A stretch of 64,000 bases of DNA, taken from contig NC_079173.1 in the NCBI RefSeq assembly GCF_947568905.1, positions 32,736,001 to 32,800,000 on the forward strand, read 5' to 3'. Under the pieces are notes generated by a model. That model saw only the letters and a program-made list of their open reading frames with translations. It made no database searches and was not told where the DNA came from. Origin of the DNA: Ostrea edulis. Its lineage: Eukaryota. This document shows, piece by piece, positions 11,547-24,761 of the stretch. Position 1 is the first letter of the stretch. Each line of letters starts with the position of its first letter. The position numbers and the translations under genes are program-made.

Positions 11547-13901
11547 ATGTATTTGATATTTTATTTTAAACAAATACATGAAGGTTTAAATATTTGCATG
11601 GTATGTGAACATGTAGAATTTCACAGGGATATTTTGTTACAGATTATTGACGAGTGGCATAGGGAATATTTTCCTCCTTCACAAAGTGTTGAATCATCTG
11701 ATAAAAATACAGACGATAGTGATATTTCAACTGCATCAGAAAATGAATCCAACGAAAATATTTTAGAACAAAGAATACAACTTGTGCATCCTGATAATGA
11801 TCAGAATAAAAACCTAAATTCAGAGGAGGAGGACTGGGAGAATAACAATCTTGACTTAACAATTCGTGAAAAGATAATCAAAGGCTGCTCCTGCAGAATG
11901 GATTGCATATCAAATATTAGTTTTGAAGAAATCAGTCACCATATTTATTCCATGAGAGAACTTTCCAAGGAAGAGAAGGATATGTACATTATGGGAAAGC
12001 TAAAAAGTAAAAGTTCTGGTGGCGGATCTTCAAGACGCGATGCCAAACGACAGAGATACGAATACAATTTTGATGACCGGGAAGTATGTAAAGATGTGTT
12101 TTTATTTTTACATGACATTGGTGAAAAACATTTTAAAAATCTTGTGAAGCATATGAAGACCCATGGAATAAAACCACGGACACATGGAAACATCGGGAAA
12201 AAACCACACAATGCCTGTCCTTTGAAGAAATTAAATTTGTCGTGCAGTTTATCAATCGATATTCTGAAGATAATGGACTTCCTATGCCAGCTGGTCGCGA
12301 CTCCGAACCACCCATTTTTCTACCTTGTTCAACACCAAAGAACGAAATTCATCAGTTATATTTTGAAGCTTGTCATGAGGTCCAAATTCGTGCTGTTAAA
12401 TTGTCCTCATTCTATTCCATCTGGTCTGCCTGCCTTCCTAACATTCAGATTGCCAACCCCAGATCTGATGTATGCAATACCTGTGAGCGCCACAGAGAGC
12501 ACATTTTGAATGCAAGATCTGAAAATGAAAAGCTTACAGCAACAAGAAATTTTACAGATCACATTGAAAAAGCAGAGAGGGAGCATCACCTCTACATTCA
12601 GTGCATTAAAGAAGCCAGGGAAGAACATCAGTCTATTCAGCTTCCTGAGCCACCTGTTAGACCCTGTTCCACAGATTTCCTCAAAACTCACTACACTTTT
12701 GACTTCGCGCAATGTGTGTCTGTACCTCATCATTCCAGACAAGTAGGGCCATTATTCTTTGAGACACCACGGAAAATTCAGATCTTTGGAATTTGTATGG
12801 AGGGAGCAGGATCTCAGCGAAATTATTTGATTGATGAAGACCAGACCATTGGAAGAGATGGAAAGAATGCCCATGGGCCAAATACAGTCATCAGCATACT
12901 TCATCACCATTTTCAAAATTATAGCATGGGAGAGAAATGTGCTGTTCTTCACTGTGATAACTGTCCAGGTAATTTCATCTTCATTTTTTCATATATATAC
13001 ATGCAATTTTACGCATTAAGCAGTTTAAACAAATCAAATGATACAATTTAGAGATTTGTCATTTAAGTGAAAAATACTTATTTTACCGATGGGAGAGAAA
13101 TGTGCTGTTCTTCACTGTGATAACTGTCCAGGTATGTATATTTCATCTTCATTTTTTCATATACACCTAGTTCTATTCATTTTGTTCACATGTATATGCT
13201 GCTTCTAATATTCTAATGCTCACTTCATCTTTAGGTCAAAACAAAAACCGGTATGTGATTGGATATTTGCTATGGTGAGTCATGATTGGGCTACATCGAG
13301 CAATTGAACTTCACATGCAGATACCAGGGCATACAAAATGTCAAGTGGATGCAGGCTTTGCTCAGATCAAAAAGAAGTACAGGAGGTGATATTGTGTTAA
13401 TATCAATTAATATTCCAAAAATAAAATTGTATCTAGCATAATCGAGAATTTCTATAATAGTCTATATTTGTTCAAAACCTTTACGCGGCGATGCATTTTG
13501 TTTTTAGATCAGATTGTGACACTCTACAGCATGTTGCTGACGTAGTCTCCAAGTCCTCCAAAAGTAACGAGGCTGTGATAAAAGAGGATGGAAATGTGAA
13601 ATACTATGAATGGAAAGAGTATATAAAAACAACTTTTCAGCCTTTGAAAGGGATACGCAAGTTTCATCACTTCACTTTTTCAGCACTGCTGCCTGGAGTT
13701 GTATTATGCAGCGTTGATGTAGATGGCGACAAGGTCCCAGTAATCCTCAGTAATCACGACCAAATCAGTGTAAATCTACCACCAGAAATAATGCCGGGCG
13801 GACTCAGTAGAGAACGACAGGAATATTTATACAAACATATCAGACCTCATGTCCGGGAATGTTTCAGGGACACAACATGTCCAGAATGTCATGAAGAATA
13901 A
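11547..13901 (+). pseudogene. Intron-containing Sola-type DDD transposase, inactivated
   Basis: Motifs CxCxxxC, 'SDVCNTC', 'YTFDFAQ' (D1), 'HCDNCPG|QNKN' (D2), 'GHTKCQVDAGF' (D3). Spliced exons ..13131 / 13235-13385 / 13508-13901 with GT-AG. 1-nt frameshift at ~12215, in-frame TGA at 13276-13278, internal duplication at 12926-13165. Confidence 0.85.
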
Positions 13902-15077
13902 GTGAAAGTTTCAATTGTTTCCGACAATGATTAACGTCATTTCAACGTCATTTTTTGTAACGTCATTGAAATATCATCTTAACCTTTGACAGCCTATATC
14001 TCAGTAAATATGCTGAATATTTGACCCAAACTTCACATGTGTCTTTTTAATGTTGTTTTCTATCATATTCCATTAAAAAGTTAATTTTGATAATTTTTAC
14101 CATAAGGGCCCTTTTTGCATGGGACGGCTCATATATATATATATATATATATATATGGAATTTCATTGATCGTTGATATTTTTTCAGATGTTATTATTAC
14201 ATACATCAAATTGGCATGCTTTATTGGAAACAATTAAAAAAATTAACAGCAACCAAATGAACATTCAAAACACATATTCTACTGAAACAGGTGGTGTTTT
14301 GTAACACGACGTTGTTCGTGTACATTCAGTGTGACACAGAATGTTTATATCACGAGAGCTGATTGAGATACTGCAGATACACTATTATACGATACATGTA
14401 ACAAGAATATTGTTCCCACTCAATAAATTTCCATTTTGTTCTCTAAAATGTCATCGTTTGGTACTATCGAGTACTGGGCGTATGGATTTTTCTTGATGCA
14501 TTCTCTAAATAATGTTCCGACGAGCACTAGCAGAATGAGGAAGGACACACTTCTACAACAACAAAAAACAATGTACATTATGAATGTAGAGGTAATTGAT
14601 CTGCTTATGTTTAACCTTTCAAAGAGTTCCTCTTTAGATTGCGAACAAAAGTTCTTATCATTGAATTATCGTAAATAATTTACTATACAATAATTTTTGT
14701 TCCGATCCGCCATTTATAACAATGGCTTCCTCTCACCGGAATACCTCAGAATACAGCGCAGTTTTGCTTGATTTCAAGTTACATTGTTGTTTTATCAAAA
14801 ACAGAGAAAACCTGTATACGCTATTTATTCAAAATGCCATATTCATTACTAAATTCCTGCTTACAAAATCCCTGTAAGAAGGAAAGTGATCTCGTGCAGA
14901 CTGGGTTCCGGTTTTGACGTCATCGTAACTACGCCTGGTGACGGCATGGTAGGCGGTTGCGGCACTTCCGTATGATTTTCCGACTCCAAAGAAAGAGAAC
15001 CCAGCAGGAGGTCGGTTCCAGGGAAATGGCGAATGCTGCTTTCGTTTCGAGGACAAGAGTACTTACTTCGTAATTGT

Positions 15078-15430
15078 AACCACTGAAACATTGATAATGA
15101 TTTAAGTATAGTCATGTATAGAACACTGAAACATTGATAATGATTTAAGTATAGTCATGTATAGAACACTGAAACATTGATAATGATTTAAGTATATTCA
15201 TGTATAGAACACTGAAACATTGATAATGATTTAAGTATATTCATGTATAGAACACTGAAACATTGATAATGATTTAAGTATATTCATGTATAGAACACTG
15301 AAACATTGATAATGATTTAAGTATATTCTTGTATAGAACACTGAAACATTGATAATGATTTAAGTATATTCATGTATAGAACAATGAAACATTGATAATG
15401 ATTTAAGTATGTATGGAACAGTGAAATACT
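15078..15430. repeat. 43 bp minisatellite, about 8 copies
   Basis: Unit GAACACTGAAACATTGATAATGATTTAAGTATA(G/T)TCATGTATA, starting at 15121, 15164, 15207 and so on. Confidence 0.95.
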
Positions 15431-15942
15431 GATTTAAAAATTTGCTCTTTCCACTTTCCTATGAAGCCCCCCCCCCCCCCCCCCCCCCCCCCCGTTCTCT
15501 TCTTATTGTAATTTCTAGTATTTCTCTATTCATTATCTATAACGCCGCATGAATTATAAATATTCCGGAATACTAGTCTAGTCAATCTGTCAGAATTTAA
15601 GTCAAACCTCAATACCTCGCATGCGATTAGTGATATTTGCTATCAAATTGACTTATGATTCTGACGTGAATTAAAACTGTGCTGAAGTGTAGATTAGATT
15701 GTCCTTCTGTGCGTCAGAACAGAATAGGGGTAGGGGCAGATCCTAAAAAAAAATCAAAAGTGGGGGGGGGGGACCCAAGTATGTACCTTTTCTGTCCCAA
15801 AAGGGAGGAGCCCTAAATGGCAAAATAATGACCTTTTTGTTAAAAATAGCGGGTACAAACCCCCCATAACCACCCCCTCTAGATCCATCACATGTGGGGA
15901 GAAAAAATGTGATTCGATTTCACAGCGACACGTTAGTGCTAA

Positions 15943-17985
15943 TAATACCGAGCGAAGCTCGGACGGGCCGAAGGCCCGTCCGCGAAGCAAGGCTCTAAAG
16001 GTAACACGTATGTAAAAGAAAAAAGTCAAAATCAGCAAAAGAAAAAGAGATAATTTCTATATACGTTCACTAAAATTTTCGTAATCCATATGGGCGCCGC
16101 CATTTATTTTTTCATGACCTGCTTCAACAGTTATTCGTATTTTATTTTGAATGCCAATAATAGAAGACTCTGACGTGCAATTCGTAATTAAAATACTCAG
16201 TTTGTTCAAAGTGAATAGTACAATTATCATTGTAACAGGTTTTAGCATATAAATACATATAAAACCGTAATAGGACTAAATAAATGAACGAGTTCATGAG
16301 TTTCTTTGAATAAGAATATACGATAAAATTACGGTTACTTTTTTTACCATTTTGAATTTATTGGTTAATTTAGTTTAGTTTTAACGGCCTTTTTCATTGC
16401 ATACGGAATGTATTATTGTTGTTTATAATTGTTTGCTTTGAAAAAGAAAAAAAGTCGAGGCTAAATGTGACGTCACAATGCACAGTTTACGTCGCCTTGC
16501 GTTTTATTTCCCGCGTTCAATGAATAGGCGGATCATGTAAAACTGTTGTCCCCATATAAACTCCTTTAATATTGAGATGTTACTGGGTGTTTACCGCAAG
16601 GAAATTTCATTCAATATATATATATATTTTAAATGAATCATAATCTACCGTACTTAACGGAATTATGATTACCACTTGGGACATTCCAATGACCATTACG
16701 TACATGCTTCGCTCGGTCCAACGGTCACACCGTATACATATTATTCTAAGGGCGGACACCGCAGGTATTATACCGAGCGAAGCTCGGACGGGCCGAAGGC
16801 CCGTCCGCGAAGCAAGGCTCTAAAGTTAACACGTATGTAAAAGAAAAAAGTCAAAATCAGCAAAAGAAAAAGAGATAATCTCTATATACGTTCACTGAAA
16901 TTTTCGTGATCCATATGGGCGCCGCCATTTATTTTTTCATGACCTGCTTCAACAGTTATTCGTATTTTATTTTGAATGCCAATACTAGAAGACTCTAACG
17001 TGCAATTCGTAATTTAAACACTCATTTTGTTCAAAGTGAATAGTATAATTATCATTGTAACATGTTTTAGCAAATAAATACATATAAAACCGTAACACGA
17101 CTAAATAGATGAACGAGTTCATGAGTTTCTTTGAATAAGAGTATACGATAAAATTACGGTTACTTTTTTACCATTTTGAATTTATTGGTTAATTTTGTTT
17201 AGTTTTAACAGCCTTTTTCATTGCATACGGAATGTATTATTGTTGTTTGTAATTATTTGCTTTGAAAAAGAGAAAAAAGTCGAGGCTAAATGTGACGTCA
17301 CAATGCACAGTTTACGTCGCCTTGCGTTTTATTTCCCGCGTTCAATGAATAGGCGGATCATGTAAAACTGTTGTCCCCATATAAACTCCTTTAATATTGA
17401 GATGTTACTGGGTGTTTAGGGCAAGGAAATTTCATTCAAAATATATATTTTTAAATGAATCATAATCTACCGTACTTAACGGAATTATGATTACCACTCG
17501 GGACACGGAGTTACGTACATGCTTCGCTCGGTCCAACGGTCACACCGTATACATATTAGTGAGCGAAGCTCGCGAAGCGAAGCGACGCGACGAGCTCGCT
17601 CCAATGATTACACATATGAGTCACGTGATCTGCTCTTCTTCAGCTGAAAAAAGATGAGTATTACCCATAATGCTTCTGCAAAAATGTCGCCGTCACTGCG
17701 GTATACTTCATTGACAAAACCGTAATTAAAATAATTAGATTGTTTAGAAAGTACCATAAACGTTTTTAAATTCCAGACAAGCTTTCTCATAGTTTCAAAA
17801 ATTTTGTTTTTGCTTGGTTTGAGAGAAGAAGAAAAAACATTGCAGCTAATGTGACGTCACAATTTGTAACTGTTTACACCAAGCACGTTATATTTCCCGC
17901 GTTAAATGAAGAGGCGGATAAAAGTCGTGTTGCAAGATGTTAATGGGCTTCGCTCGTCTCAACGGTCACACCGTACAACATATTA
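15943..17985 (+). mobile_element. Three head-to-tail Helentron-like non-autonomous elements (~15943-16744, ~16767-17558, ~17556-17985)
   Basis: Each begins with GAGCGAAGC and ends with CTTCGCTCG, hairpin ACGGT-CAC-ACCGT and CATATT. Units 1 and 2 are highly similar over ~800 bp; unit 3 is a shorter diverged relative. Confidence 0.65.
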
Positions 17986-18450
17986 AATGGTGATGTTGAA
18001 TAATCATGAAATCTATGAATTCACTATCGCCATTATTACCGTCTTTCTTGGAAGACGGTATGCAGAGTTGAAGTGTTTTACGGTCTTCGGACTTTGCACT
18101 TCCTCTCTTTTTTCATTGGTAGAAAGTGCATGACGTGAAAATTTTCAATTATTTCATTGGTTGAAATGCTCTTCAAGGCAAGGGAGATAATTTTCGGGTG
18201 TTCTAATTTTCGTACGCCATAACAATTTTTCAAGATTTTCAATCTTTAAAAAATCGACAAAACGAACAAAAGAAAAACGCAATTCATGAAATTGACACAT
18301 TACTTTTTAAAAAGCAACTAATACAAAGCATTTCTATGGTTACTTCATTTACAGCAATGTTTTCATTTTTGCATACAAACAGAAAAACTCGCCGTTTTTT
18401 GTTTTGATTGCTTGTGTTTTGGGAATTGTCTATTCGGTAAGGCTAATTCC

Positions 18451-18526
18451 TAGCCTGGTTCCCGAGGCCTTCCGATGTGCAAGTACGACGTTCTTTGAAC
18501 ATCGGAAGGCCTCGGGTACCAGGCTA
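18451..18526. mobile_element. 76 bp foldback MITE, TAG..CTA ends, ~9 bp TSD (AcademH-like)
   Basis: Arms TAGCCTGGTTCCCGAGGCCTTCCGATGT / ACATCGGAAGGCCTCGGGTACCAGGCTA. Flanks GGCTAATTCC and GGCTAATCC. Confidence 0.6.
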
Positions 18527-19465
18527 GGCTAATCCCTACATGATACCTTAAGCTAAGAATTACATAAGAATAAATAAGGCTTGACTTCAAAATGAGGATC
18601 ACTGTTTTTTTAAAGCATGCAAAAGAAAATTTTGATTATCAGTGATTACAATGCAACCATTTTTGTTTGTATTATCAGCGGCATTGAAAACTTTGCTGAC
18701 GAAGGAGTAGGACAGTAACATTTCATATGCTGAAGACAAAGTAGTCTGAGTAATAAATGTTGAATTTCTTTGTATGATAGTGATAAAGATTTGTCTCAAG
18801 TACAGGTCACTACAGGAACAGTTACATTGAGATTATGTTGTAAGTTTTTCATGCACAAATTAAAAAAAAATTGCTGTCTAACCTTAGACAATTACAATAT
18901 TCACTTGTCATTTTAGTTTATATGTCATATTATTAAAATAAGTTGCAAGTAGATATTTAGAATAATTTTAATTGACAATCAGTGATTCCAATGCAACCAT
19001 TTTTGTTTGTATTATCAGTGGCATTTGAGAACTTTTTAAATCTTTTTAGTTTGTTTTGTTTCATAACTTTGTTAAAAAATAAATATTTTGATATACACAC
19101 TGAAAATCTCAGTTTCATTTGATATAGAGGCTTTAATCAGTGCTAATACAGGGAACAGTGATTTTGATTTCCAGTACATATACCATTCATAAATACAAAC
19201 TTTTATAATGGGAGTCAGGACACAGCTTTGTAGGCATGATGTCCGTGAGATTATTTATTTTAGCTCAATTCAATAATGAAGACAAGGGACATAATTCAAC
19301 TTCGCTCTATATATAGAGTTGCTGCTAAAGACGTCAAGCTTTTTTAAAAAGCTTTACTTGTATTCCATATTAACTACATTACGGTCCGCGGTACCATAGT
19401 GAGTAGGACGCTCCTTCACAACCAAGAGGTCCTGGGTTCAATAATGTCTCCCGACGACGCGTCAC

Positions 19466-19807
19466 TTGATTGATTGTTTTACGTCCTGTCGAGAATGTTT
19501 CACTCATATTAAGACGTTATCAACGGTAGGTGAAGTACCACAAATTTAGGCCTAATACTTAACATTCAGGGCCGTAGCAGTGAGGGTTCTTTATCGTGAT
19601 AATGCCTTCCGCAATACGGGAGCTCCGTTTTTAAGGTCATATCCGAAAGTCCCGTGATTCTCACTTCTAAATGCCGAGCGTTTGGCGAAGGTGCAATCAT
19701 TACCTATATTAATGTCTTAGATTTGACGGACAAGGCACGAGAGGGACTCGAACTCACGACCTCCCGGTTACGAAGTGAACGCTCCACCACTGAGCTACGG
19801 TGACCGG
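19466..19807 (-). mobile_element. Full-length tRNA-derived SINE
   Basis: Minus strand begins CCGGTCACCGTAGCTCAGTGGTGGAGC (A box) ... GAGTTCGAGTCC (B box). Central CACGATAAAGAACCCTCACTGCT core. (CAAT)n tail at 19466-19476. Confidence 0.85.
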
Positions 19808-21062
19808 TTAGCCGCGTCAAGCCTAAAATGTTCAATTAACCTAGGGAGTGACTGTTCCTTCTGAAGCGCCCGGCATTGAAAGTTTAAAAATCTAAAGTAA
19901 CAGGTATTTGGGATGTGACCTCAAAATCCTCCGAGTTACCGTTGGCGTTGACACGTCAAAGAACCCTCACTCTACGGCGCCATGTAAATTACGACGTTTC
20001 CGAGAAATGCCGAAATTCACTTATGTATTACCCCACTTACAATCTACGTAAGATTTACGATGCTATTGTAAAACGGTGTCCTGAGCGTCATGCATAAATT
20101 TCGTGCTAAAGCTGATGACGTCTCAATTCGAAACATTCTCAAAAATATAACAAAAAAAGATCTATATACATGTATTGACAGAACAAAGCCAATTGTTTTA
20201 AGTGTGTAATAGAGTCTTGATGTGCTGTACTTACATAGAAGGTGCCCATGTTTCCGACCGCTCTTAGGTAGCCGTCTTCTCGAAACTGATCACAGTACAG
20301 CGATACTATTGTTGTTCTGTCGAGATAATCGAGGGGAAATTACACATTGTCAAATGAAGAATAAATGTATTACGGGGAGAAATAGATAATGGAAGAATGG
20401 GTAATCGACTTCAGCGATTACACAATAGAAGAGTCCCGAGTTACAGCCAGAATTACACAACATCTGGAACACCTCGGACCTTTCACCGAAAAACACCCGA
20501 GGTGTGCCGGATGAATTACACACTGTAGTCATGTGATTTTGAAGTTTTGATTGTCTTTGAAACTTCCGGTGCAGACGATGCATGTACAAATATTCATAAT
20601 ACACAGTTTTCAAACGCGATATAATGTGCTGTTGAGGACAATCACGCCGACACAAGCTACGGGCGGGGACAATTGCATTGGAGCAGTTCAGCAACAGGAG
20701 GACGGTCATCACCCCAATACTTTTGAGAGAGGGTAGATGATAAATCTGCGAGATCTGTGTTCATTTAGAGCATTAAAACAAAAGTTTGTATGTGCAAAAT
20801 ATCATATTCCTGCATAGACGATATCAAATACAAATATCAACGGGTCCAATAAATATGTGAAGTATCCATCATATACATATATCAATTGTTGAAATCTGGT
20901 TCTCGAACTTTTTCTGTACACAGTTGATTGTCTTTCTTTTGTATATGTACAAGAAATACTCCATATAAATGTATACATCCGCCGGGGATGTGTGTACATG
21001 TACGTTTAACCTTATGACCCTTGTGATGGTGCATAACTGTGGACAACCAGCAACATCTGCAG

Positions 21063-21205
21063 GGCTGCGTTCAAGATCGTAGCGGCTACGCAGGGCTAGG
21101 CTAGTCCTACGTAGAGACAACAAGTGTTAATACATACAGTGCGTTCAATATACCTAGATATCTAGTCTAGCAGCTAGGCTAGCCGCTACGATCTTGAACG
21201 CAACC
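21063..21205. mobile_element. 143 bp MITE with 3 bp CAG TSD (PIF/Harbinger-like)
   Basis: TIR GG(C/T)TGCGTTCAAGATCGTAGCGGCTA at both ends. CAG at 21060-21062 and 21206-21208. Confidence 0.65.
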
Positions 21206-22929
21206 CAGAAAATGTTTATTTCTTATTTCAGTTTATCTTAACTTACCTGGAATCAAAACAAACACGAATATCTTCCAGAGCTGTATTATTTGTATTTTGA
21301 AGCCTTGAAGCATTCATGCTGTTATTTCCCTATACATCGTGTGCGAAATGAGCTACAATTCGGACTTAACATGGAATATGTGCATTGAAGTCGGTCAAGC
21401 CGCGAGGAACATGAAATAGACATAGCTCGGACACGGGACTTTGACTGAATATTCAAATTAGGTTTCGTGAAATAGCACGGCTTCCAAAACCGGAGCTTGA
21501 ATCAGTGTATATATTTACAGACGACTTCAGAAAATCGTGTCAAAATTGAAAGACCTCTCCATCAATCATCATGATACTGGAGACATAAAGTAGTGTCATT
21601 TTCCCCCTCATGATGAAAGCAAGAGTTAAGAGCCCTGCACTTTTCCATCTGGCGATAAAGAACCCTAGTCCAAAAATGTTCGGCAAAATTTTAAGGTGCC
21701 ACCTCATTTTTCTATTTTATGATGTTCGTGTTTAAGAAGATTTATAAAATAATAATGAAAAGAATAGGGAGATCCCAATGTCATTCTTGTTTAGGTTGTC
21801 TGAGTGTAGTTTTGATACTCGGGGATCTCCCTATTATAGGGTTTATACATAGGTGTCAACTTCAATCCTCATTAATAATTGACAATTGTCAATCAACAAT
21901 ATGTATTCTGTTGTTAATCACTGCCAAAAAAATAAAAAATAACAAAGCTGCAGGACTCAGAAAACCGGTATTTCATCATTATTTATTTTTATCAAAATGG
22001 AGAGCATAATCCATTTTCCTTGTATACAGAAAATGAGCATGTGTTATTGTACATGTTTTAGTTTGTGTTTTATACCAAGTGTTCATAAATGAAAGGTGAT
22101 AGAAAGAACTAATAGGAATTTAGAAGTTACTTGTAGACAAGAACGTGAAAACAATGATGATTGAAAAATCTGAGTTCGAGATCCTGATCTGAGTGCTCTC
22201 ATCCCATAACTGTGTAAAGTAGGTACCCAAACAAAACTCCAGGACAACTGACTATACATATAGAATATCTAGATTTATCCACTATTTGTTGGTAAAATTA
22301 TATCTCAATAGAACAATGCACAATTAATTATTATTACCATATGACTTGCAATGAACTCATAGCTGATCAAGGCCTCAGAGGTAAAAAAAAAAATTATTTA
22401 TTTCCAAATTTACTTTCTCATCGTTTCATCGGGGCCCCTTGTTCAGAAAAATCTTAAACTTTTTGTACTACTCTTTTTTTATTTTGATATTCTTGATTTG
22501 TTCGCAGGTTACCAAATTATTCGAATTATAAGAAACTGAATCATTCTGCTCCGCTTATTAAAAACGTAAATATTTGATTTACAGTATTTGAATGCGTGAA
22601 TTTTTGTTTTTGTAGAAGTAATTTTTTTTTAAAGTGAATCTTGCAATATTTAAAAAACAAAACATATCGTTTTTGTGATTAAGATTTTTAAAAAGTGAAT
22701 CTTTCCTTCCACAAACCTTTTCCCGTCTTTGGAAGTGTATGTGAGCGACAAGTTTCCATTATCAAAATGGCCGAAAGAGGCGCCATTTTGAATCCCTATG
22801 TCCAGGAACTCAGTCCGTTTGCTGTTTACTCGGCAGCTCTGAAAATATAAAGACAGAAATTTGAATGATTAATAATTTGCTCCAAATTTTAAAATTTCGA
22901 ACTGAAAAATTGACAATAAAGAAAATTAC

Positions 22930-24684
22930 CGCGACGTTTAGACAGCCCGTGTCGTTGGTGGACTTCTCGATGAAACCATAACATGGATTCCAAGAATACG
23001 TATGGTTATTATCACCATCTGCCGGGGAGTGGTCTTGGAATCTAAATTCAAATGTAAAATTCCCATACAGCTAACTGAATGTACATTTATATTATATATA
23101 ACCCAATTCATAGTAACAAGCATAGCAACAAAGGAGAATGATTGAGTTTACCAAGATACATTCACATTTCCAATGTTTCTGCCTTTTATATTTTACCAAT
23201 TCAAATGATAGCCATTTCCTCATGAACAATGTGTGCATGAATCTCCATAGATATAGTATAGGCTATTTTTACAGCTAGGAATTCCAACAGAAATGAAAGT
23301 ACATGTAAATTGTAGGTATGAACTGCAATCTTTAAATCAGTATAATTCATGAAGCGCTGTACTATGTTAACGTAAAGCAGCGCAGTTCATACCCTCATGT
23401 GTTTTTATACGTCCGTCGAAAACGGGACGTATTATTGGTATGGCGTCGTCCGTCTGTCCGGACCTTATGGGCAGGATACAGACCGAACCGTAAGCTCCAG
23501 GATGTTACAACTTGATATATTCTATCACCATATTTGAGAGGAAGATGCCTTTGGGTTGTTTTTTTTAAGGTTAGAAGTCAAAGGTCAAGGTCGTAATATT
23601 ACTTAGTATTACTTAGTAGGAAAACCTTGTAGGCAGGATACAAACCGAACTGTAAGTTCCAGGATATTGCAACTTGGTACATTTGATCACCATGATGAGA
23701 GGCAGATGCCTGTTATTTTTCAAGGTCAAGGTCGCAGTATCACTTAGTAGGAAAGCCTTGTAGGCAGTATACAGTACCGAACTGTTGGGACTAGGACCGT
23801 GAAACGTGGTACAAATACACTTTATGCCAAATGGAGGATGCCTATTGTTTCTCAAGGTCAAAGGCCAAGCTCGTAGTAGCAGGATACAGACCGATTCGTT
23901 GGGGCAGGGATCATTAACCTTGGTACACATACATCTTATGCATGCAAGTGAAAATATTACATAGAAAGTACACGATTTCTCTGTTTTGACGATGCAAAAA
24001 AGGTATGTCACACCCTGATGATTACTGATACAACTCGAAGCCCAGTTCTACAAATTATGGTGTAAGAAAAACACCCTATACATGAATTAACTTTTCACGG
24101 GCGTATCATGTACCTTTGGCGGCACTCTTGTTAAAAAAAGTAACACTTTAATTCCAGATTACACAGTGTTACTACATGTATGTAACGGATCTAGTACTTA
24201 GGAGCGAGGGAGAAAAGTGAAATAGGGAACTGATAAAACTTGTAAAACGTGGACTGCGTTGTGAGGACAGTTCAAGTGCAATTTGAGGACAAAAATTCTG
24301 CTTTTGCAGTTACGTCCCCATAAACGTGACCCACAGAATGTGAAAGATTTAGATACAATATATAATACATACCGATTGTTAGGCCGTTCTTGGCACACTG
24401 ATTTTGACTACGGATAACTCCGTTTACCTAATCAGAATATAGGGCTCACGGCGGGTGTGACCGGTCGACAGGGGATGCTTACTCCTCCTAGGCACCTGAT
24501 CCCACCTCTGGGGTGTCTAGGGTTCCGTGTTTGCCCAAATGTCTATTTTGTATTGCTTATAGGAGTTATGAGATTGATCACTGTTTGTTATCTTCACCTT
24601 TCAATAAATTATTGAGGACCTTTTCCTAATAGTATATTCTCTCACAAAAACTTTATTTTTTTCAAACTTTGAAAAAGAACTGTT

Positions 24685-24761
<77 letters not shown>

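Larger units (their letters stand above)
10182..14130 (+). mobile_element. Sola-superfamily DNA transposon (probably Sola1), 3949 bp, inserted in (TA)n
   Basis: Perfect 30 bp TIRs GAGCCGTCCCATGCAAAAAGGGCCCTTATG at 10182-10211 and 14101-14130. ATAT flanks both ends (fits a 4 bp AWWT TSD). Internal transposase pseudogene. Confidence 0.85.

Noticed and set aside
15078-15430. CRISPR-like array
   Set aside because: Contiguous 43 bp units with no spacers and no cas genes.
19385-19445. Second tRNA or SINE head next to the SINE tail
   Set aside because: Only weak A- and B-box matches and no body; too short to support.
20108-20140. Hammerhead core CTGATGA..GAAAC
   Set aside because: No stem II closing pair and no stem I/III partners with an NUH cleavage site.
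20350-21060. Coding region or HUH endonuclease (HVH motif) on the minus strand
   Set aside because: The ORFs are in different frames with no supporting motifs; part of the 84 aa ORF comes from a MITE.
21250-21700. DIRS RNase H (IYTDSSSGFG) or RNase T2 (EDIRVCFDS) remnant
   Set aside because: Single short motifs in frames with many stops; insufficient to assign a family.
24445-24510. SECIS element in the Penelope-like 3' repeat
   Set aside because: Helix II pairs poorly and there is no AA at 11-13 nt from the UGA quartet. Kept only as a possible structured end.
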